Part shown: positions 15,897 through 20,000 of the stretch, piece after piece | Position numbering within the stretch: position 1 is the stretch's first letter | Layout: each line of letters starts with the position of its first letter | Source of the DNA: an uncultured virus (IMG/VR IMGVR_UViG_3300048883_000321) | Lineage: Duplodnaviria; Heunggongvirae; Uroviricota; Caudoviricetes | DNA length: 20,000 nucleotides | Strand: one strand, 5' to 3' | Virus record (IMG/VR): IMGVR_UViG_3300048883_000321 | The notes under the pieces: generated by a model | Database searches by the model: none | Told to the model about the DNA's origin: nothing | Seen by the model: only the letters and a program-made list of their open reading frames with translations | Made by a program: the position numbers and the translations under genes

Positions 15897-16195
15897 TGTT
15901 TGTCCTTAGCGTCAAGTAGCCCAAAGTCGCAGACAAGTTGGGTAACTAACTCTTTTGCCACTTCCCGGTCTAAGACCACGGTGACTTTACCCTCGTCGTC
16001 GTCCCGGTAGAAGCAAACACGGAAGGTGTTTTCAAGGTCGCCGGGGCTAGCGTCCACGGAAGCATCACGCATCACGAACACGTGTCCCTCTAGCCGATAC
16101 TGAGGGAAGGACGACGCATCGCAGGTGAGTTTGATCCCGGCAACACCGGTGTTTAGGTTGACGGTCTGGATGCCGTTTTGGTTATTGATGTGCAT
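15893..16195 (-). CDS. Hypothetical protein (100 aa)
   Basis: Operon context and GGGAG RBS. Confidence 0.75.
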   Translation of the reverse strand: MHINNQNGIQTVNLNTGVAGIKLTCDASSFPQYRLEGHVFVMRDASVDASPGDLENTFRVCFYRDDDEGKVTVVLDREVAKELVTQLVCDFGLLDAKDKQ

Positions 16196-16490
16196 TGTGA
16201 GACTCCCAGCAGTCGTGGCATACCCGGTCGTCGTCTAAGTATTTGACGTTGAGGCTTCCGTTGCCCATGTTGTGGTTAGTTCCACAATGGTCGCAGTTTT
16301 CTTCGTGGCTCGCTACGGAATGCATATAGAAATGCACGGATACGTCTTCGTTGATGTCTCGGAGCATGGACGCTACGAGGTCTACGGAGTCGTTCCAGCC
16401 CCAGCCTTGGTCCGGTGTGCCGTCTGCTTTGAGGCGGTGTATGTCGTCGGCGGGAATGTTGACCCTGACGAGTAATGTGTGGTCGCTCAT
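16182..16490 (-). CDS. Hypothetical protein with CxxC...CxxC (102 aa)
   Basis: AAGGAG RBS, ATGA coupling, CDHC/CHDC. Confidence 0.75.
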   Translation of the reverse strand: MSDHTLLVRVNIPADDIHRLKADGTPDQGWGWNDSVDLVASMLRDINEDVSVHFYMHSVASHEENCDHCGTNHNMGNGSLNVKYLDDDRVCHDCWESHNAHQ

Positions 16491-16690
16491 TGTTGTTCTC
16501 CTTCTGCAATGTCGTCCGCCCACTCGTTAAAGGTCATGCTGACCGTACCCAGATGGGTGTCCGTGTCTGGCGTGAACCCTCGCAGGAACACATCCATAAT
16601 GATGCCCTCTTCGGTAATGTTGATGTCTAGGTGCCGACCATCATCCAGTTTGACGCTCATCCGGTGGCAAACTCGCTTTTTGTTGCTCAT
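16487..16690 (-). CDS. Hypothetical protein (67 aa)
   Basis: Start MSNKK with AAGGAG RBS and ATGA coupling. Confidence 0.75.
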   Translation of the reverse strand: MSNKKRVCHRMSVKLDDGRHLDINITEEGIIMDVFLRGFTPDTDTHLGTVSMTFNEWADDIAEGEQQ

Positions 16691-16887
16691 TGGTTTTCTC
16701 CTTGGTGCCCGGTTGTGGTTGCGCCGAGTCGGTGAAGTAGTTCGGATGAGATGTCGCCGTAGTTGCTGGCTTCGGTGAACTCGTTCCATAGGTCGCCCGG
16801 GACGGTGGAGGCGTTTAGTTCAAACGATTCCTCTTTCAGGAAGTAGGTTCCTGTGCCGGGATGGATGATTAGTGTTTGGTCACTCAT
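16687..16887 (-). CDS. Hypothetical protein (66 aa)
   Basis: AGAAAG RBS and TTGGTT-17-TATAGT promoter. Confidence 0.8.
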   Translation of the reverse strand: MSDQTLIIHPGTGTYFLKEESFELNASTVPGDLWNEFTEASNYGDISSELLHRLGATTTGHQGENQ

Positions 16888-16941
16888 GTTGGTCTTTCTG
16901 TTTGTTGGTTTGTGTTAAGTACTACTATACAGGGTTGAAGG

Positions 16942-17421
16942 CTAAGAACCAACCTCCGAGGTAGATTTTATTAGTTCTAGGTCGGTTATGTAAAAAGACA
17001 AAGTCCCATCCTCGCCCTCCTCCATCCAATCCGCCCGGTCATCATCCAACACAACAACACGGTTAATGTCATCCATGCGAACAACAAGCCCAGTAATGTC
17101 CTGCTCCCGATGAGCCACCCGGTTCCCAACCCAAATAGCGGTATTCCGTTTCAGCCAAGTCATAACCTCCAAACCGGAGTCACTAGCCACCCGGTCAACA
17201 TCTTGTGCGGAAAACACAAACAGCAAATCCTCAGGGTGATGCTCAGGGTGCTTAAAGAAATGGTCAGGGTGGCACGGGATGTCCAAACCCAGAATCTCAT
17301 CCATTGTCCAGTCGTCGCGAATCAACCCGGCGACCTCTTCTTGCTGAGAGCCCTCTAAGAACGTTGGCCGTCTATCCGGCCCGTAAGGGCGTATTGTGTT
17401 AACTGGCTTGCGGGTTCTCAT
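16942..17421 (-). CDS. Hypothetical protein (159 aa)
   Basis: Start MRTRK by ATGA coupling to 17418-17510. Confidence 0.75.
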   Translation of the reverse strand: MRTRKPVNTIRPYGPDRRPTFLEGSQQEEVAGLIRDDWTMDEILGLDIPCHPDHFFKHPEHHPEDLLFVFSAQDVDRVASDSGLEVMTWLKRNTAIWVGNRVAHREQDITGLVVRMDDINRVVVLDDDRADWMEEGEDGTLSFYITDLELIKSTSEVGS

Positions 17422-17510
17422 GCTGCCACCCCGCCTAGTAGCCATGCGAGCAGGACTAGACCGGTGACGATTAAGGCCACATTGACCCGGCGGTAATCGG
17501 TGGGAGTCAT
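17418..17510 (-). CDS. Small membrane peptide (30 aa, MTPTDYRRVNVALIVTGLVLLAWLLGGVAA)
   Basis: Not in the ORF track. ATGA overlaps at both ends and a single hydrophobic helix. Confidence 0.7.
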   Translation of the reverse strand: MTPTDYRRVNVALIVTGLVLLAWLLGGVAA

Positions 17511-17842
17511 GCTGCCACCCGGCCGTCCATCTCGGCTTCAATAGCGTCAACGAGGTTAGCGAAGTTGTGTTCGTTCAGGAAAATGGAGACATCGCCGATG
17601 TTTAGGACTACATACGGGTCTGACCCGTCTACCTGCCCGGCGGTGACTAATGTTCCTTGGGATGCGCGTGGGGTGTGGATGGTGACTCGGTTAAAGTCAT
17701 GGCCTTCACCCACCCGGCGGAACTCAACAACCTCAACCGATAGGCGGTCTTCGGATTGGTCGTACTCCGAAACCCATCTGGCTGAGGTGGCGATGGCGGT
17801 TCCGCAATCGTTTTCTTCGTGGTCAAATACTACGTTTTTCAT
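17507..17842 (-). CDS. Hypothetical protein (111 aa)
   Basis: AGAAAG RBS, TTGGTA-16-TAGAAT, box at 17934-17949. Confidence 0.8.
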   Translation of the reverse strand: MKNVVFDHEENDCGTAIATSARWVSEYDQSEDRLSVEVVEFRRVGEGHDFNRVTIHTPRASQGTLVTAGQVDGSDPYVVLNIGDVSIFLNEHNFANLVDAIEAEMDGRVAA

Positions 17843-18071
17843 GGTTGGTCTTTCTGTTAGTTGGTTATGTGTTCCCCCCCATTCTAGGCCGTAGAAGTGC
17901 GATACCAACCCCAAAACCCGGATTTCTCAGAAATGTGACAGGAGTCACACCAACCCCCCGGCAGTAACCCCGGCCCCAAAGTGACAAACGTCACACCCCG
18001 AAAAGCCCCCGGTGTATCAGGGAATGCAACGATCAGGGAATACAGGCGTGTGAATCTAGCAGCGTGTGAAT

Positions 18072-18443
18072 CTACACCAACGCCAACGACTCGCTACACA
18101 AATCGCAAGTGTAACCCCACAAAGAATCCTCAGAAAGACGGTACTTGTCGTCGAAATCAGGATGCTCTATCTCATCAAGGTCGCCGCCCACAGGTTCCCC
18201 GGGATTAAGCCGCAACCGGCGACCGACCTGCGGTTGCGCCTGCTCGTTAATGCATTGCCCGCAAATATCGAACTGGGTAGGTGCCGGGTTGAGGCCATCA
18301 GCGTTCGTGGCTTCTTGCCAAGCATCAACATCATCCCCGGCGTTTTCGTATCGCCCGTGTTCCCATGGTTTCTTATTCGTTCTTTCTCTTTGCAGGTTTG
18401 CGTCCCAAGCCTTGAAGAACTCTTTACCTATGTTCGTTGTCAT
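18072..18443 (-). CDS. Hypothetical protein with CxxC...CxxC (123 aa)
   Basis: AAGGAG RBS, ATGA coupling, CGQC/CDLC. Confidence 0.75.
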   Translation of the reverse strand: MTTNIGKEFFKAWDANLQRERTNKKPWEHGRYENAGDDVDAWQEATNADGLNPAPTQFDICGQCINEQAQPQVGRRLRLNPGEPVGGDLDEIEHPDFDDKYRLSEDSLWGYTCDLCSESLALV

Positions 18444-18754
18444 TTCTTCTCCTTCGTCGAACTCCATTGTTGAAGTGACCACTGCGTTGTTGAACCGACC
18501 GCAGCGTTGATGAGTGTGTTGAGTGCGTCGCATAGTTGCGCTTCTCGCATCATAACTGACCATTCGTCGGCAGGTATCCCATTCTCGCACCACCCGCACA
18601 TCAGGTCGGCTCCGCTGGGATGCCCGGTGTAGGTGCCGTGTTCGCAATGGAACTCTCGTCGGTCGTCGTGGCTGTCAACTACCGGCCACGCTGCTTTCAT
18701 TACTCGGCTCGCTTCGGTAGCGGCCTTCATCAGGTCGTGTGAGTTTTTATTCAT
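18440..18754 (-). CDS. Hypothetical protein with CEHG...CGWC motif (104 aa)
   Basis: ATGA coupling and a putative Zn-binding CxH...CxxC. Confidence 0.75.
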   Translation of the reverse strand: MNKNSHDLMKAATEASRVMKAAWPVVDSHDDRREFHCEHGTYTGHPSGADLMCGWCENGIPADEWSVMMREAQLCDALNTLINAAVGSTTQWSLQQWSSTKEKK

Positions 18755-18924
18755 GATTGTTCATCCTCTAGCCGCGCCCAGCCGAAGCGGTCAACGACTC
18801 TGCCGTTGGCTTCGTCCCATTCAAATAACGCTAGTTCTACGGCTTCTTTTTCCGAGTCCGCGCTAACTGTGTGGGCGCCGCCGATGCTGACGGTGATTTC
18901 AACTGTGTAGTTCTTTTTACTCAT
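18751..18924 (-). CDS. Small YxV...VSADSEKEA motif protein (57 aa)
   Basis: AAAGGA RBS before MSKKN. Confidence 0.75.
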   Translation of the reverse strand: MSKKNYTVEITVSIGGAHTVSADSEKEAVELALFEWDEANGRVVDRFGWARLEDEQS

Positions 18925-18947
18925 GTTCTGATCCTTTGGTTGTTGGT

Positions 18948-19205
18948 TTATTGTTCGTGAACAGGGCAAGTATCGCCCTGATGGTTGTTGGGGTCGTCAG
19001 ACGTACGGAACATCCGGCAGTCGCCGATGAGACGGCTGGCGAAGTGCAATGCTTCTTCAACGGTGAGGACGGCCTCAAATGAATCTGATTGGAGGTTGGT
19101 TTCGCCGACCCGTAATGTGATGGCGATGCCCTCTCCCTCGTACCGTTCACTCCGTGCTGAGTTGAAGGGGTTTAGTTCTCCCTCTTTGTAGTATTGTCTT
19201 TTCAT
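18948..19205 (-). CDS. Hypothetical protein (85 aa, ends GDTCPVHE)
   Basis: AGAAAG RBS, TTGGCA-16-TATAAT, box at 19297-19312. Confidence 0.8.
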   Translation of the reverse strand: MKRQYYKEGELNPFNSARSERYEGEGIAITLRVGETNLQSDSFEAVLTVEEALHFASRLIGDCRMFRTSDDPNNHQGDTCPVHEQ

Positions 19206-19393
19206 GGTTGGTCTTTCTGTTAGTTGGTTTGGTTACTCTGTCCCCCCATTATAGGCCGCGAACATCCAATGCCAACACCAAAAACAAGATTTATCATGTG
19301 ACATCAGACACACCGGGCCCGGTCCACCCCCCGGTTAATCACCCCCGGTCCACCCCCCGGTCAATCAGGGAATACAGGGGAGGCCCCCCGGTG

Positions 19394-19590
19394 GCGTGTG
19401 AATCTGCGTCCCGGCGACTGGGCAGGTGTGAATCTGGGTATGCAGGGGGCCACTCGGGGAGGCGTGTGAATCTCAGGGTTTGCAGTCGACGTTCTGGGTT
19501 TGCGTGTGAATCTCAGGGTTTGCGTGTGAATCTCAGGGTTTGCGTGTGAATCTGGGTTTACAGCGCCACGACGTAACCGCCGTGTGAATC
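19394..19590 (+). repeat. Right cluster of the GTGAAT motif, including a 20-bp tandem GGGTTTGCGTGTGAATCTCA x3
   Basis: Seven GTGTGAATC copies. Tandem units at 19496, 19516 and 19536. Confidence 0.9.
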
Positions 19591-19702
19591 CGCTGTGAGA
19601 AAAACCGCGAATCAACTTGAAACACAAAACGCTCCAAAAGTAAAACCCCGCAAAAAACGAGACAAAACCCCCAAAACAAACCAAACCCAAAAACTAACAA
19701 AA

Positions 19703-19912
19703 TCAGCCAACCAACGAAGAAGAACCCCGCACACCAACCAACCGAGCAGCAGCAGCACCCTTCAACACAGCCAAACCAGCCGAAACACCAGCCATCAACA
19801 CCAACTTCCACGAATCAACACCCAAATCAAACACCCCATTAGTACCCAAAGCACCCAACGAAGCCTGAACAAAGGTAGCCAAAACCCTCTCACCCAAATC
19901 ACGAAAATCCAT
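19703..19912 (-). CDS. Holin, r1t-type/actinobacteriophage (69 aa)
   Basis: DLGERVLATFVQA...W...A.LAVLK...SSL pattern, two hydrophobic segments, GGGAG RBS. Confidence 0.8.
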   Translation of the reverse strand: MDFRDLGERVLATFVQASLGALGTNGVFDLGVDSWKLVLMAGVSAGLAVLKGAAAARLVGVRGSSSLVG

Positions 19913-20000
19913 AACCATCATCTCCCAAAAAAACCAGCCACCCACACAAGCCCGTGAAGGGATGGTTTTTTGTTTTGTTTTGTTGTTTTTTGTTTTGTTT

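Noticed and set aside
2333..19312. Classical integron attC array or IS elements
   Set aside because: No integrase or transposase, no clear RYYYAAC...GTTRRRY attC structure, and the cassettes carry their own promoters.
19208..19957. ORFs 19208-19549, 19361-19690, 19533-19811 and 19595-19957
   Set aside because: They are repeat-derived or are shadows of the holin frame in compositionally biased sequence.
1..20000. tRNA or rRNA genes
   Set aside because: No cloverleaf, T-loop context or rRNA-like sequence was recognised by eye. tRNAscan-SE or ARAGORN would be decisive.

Overview
Best read as part of an actinobacterial phage genome. This is inferred from an r1t-type holin, a Gp88-family gene, ArdC, AGAAAG/AGGAGG ribosome-binding sites, CGAAC-N4-GTTCG boxes and apparent leaderless genes. 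A holin (19703-19912, -) and the 5' end of a probable M15-peptidase endolysin (65 to <1, -) flank about 19.5 kb of roughly 40 small, mostly unknown genes. Most of these genes, singly or in short operons, sit in a self-contained expression cassette: a TGTGA-N6-TCACA (CRP-type) box at a near-fixed distance, then GGTTG[-35], 16-18 bp, TA-N3-T[-10], an A/C-rich leader, RBS, ORF and a hairpin. Four cassettes are flipped to the + strand. The spacers are packed with other recurring motifs: about 33 strictly polarised (C/G)GTGTGAAT(C/T)T-type sites with tandem clusters at both ends, LexA-type boxes, a MerR-like palindrome, paired CCGG motifs, five ~90-bp periodic elements, and four 3'-UTR hairpins whose loops display an anti-Shine-Dalgarno sequence. 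All family assignments come from motif recognition by eye. No searches were run and counts are manual.
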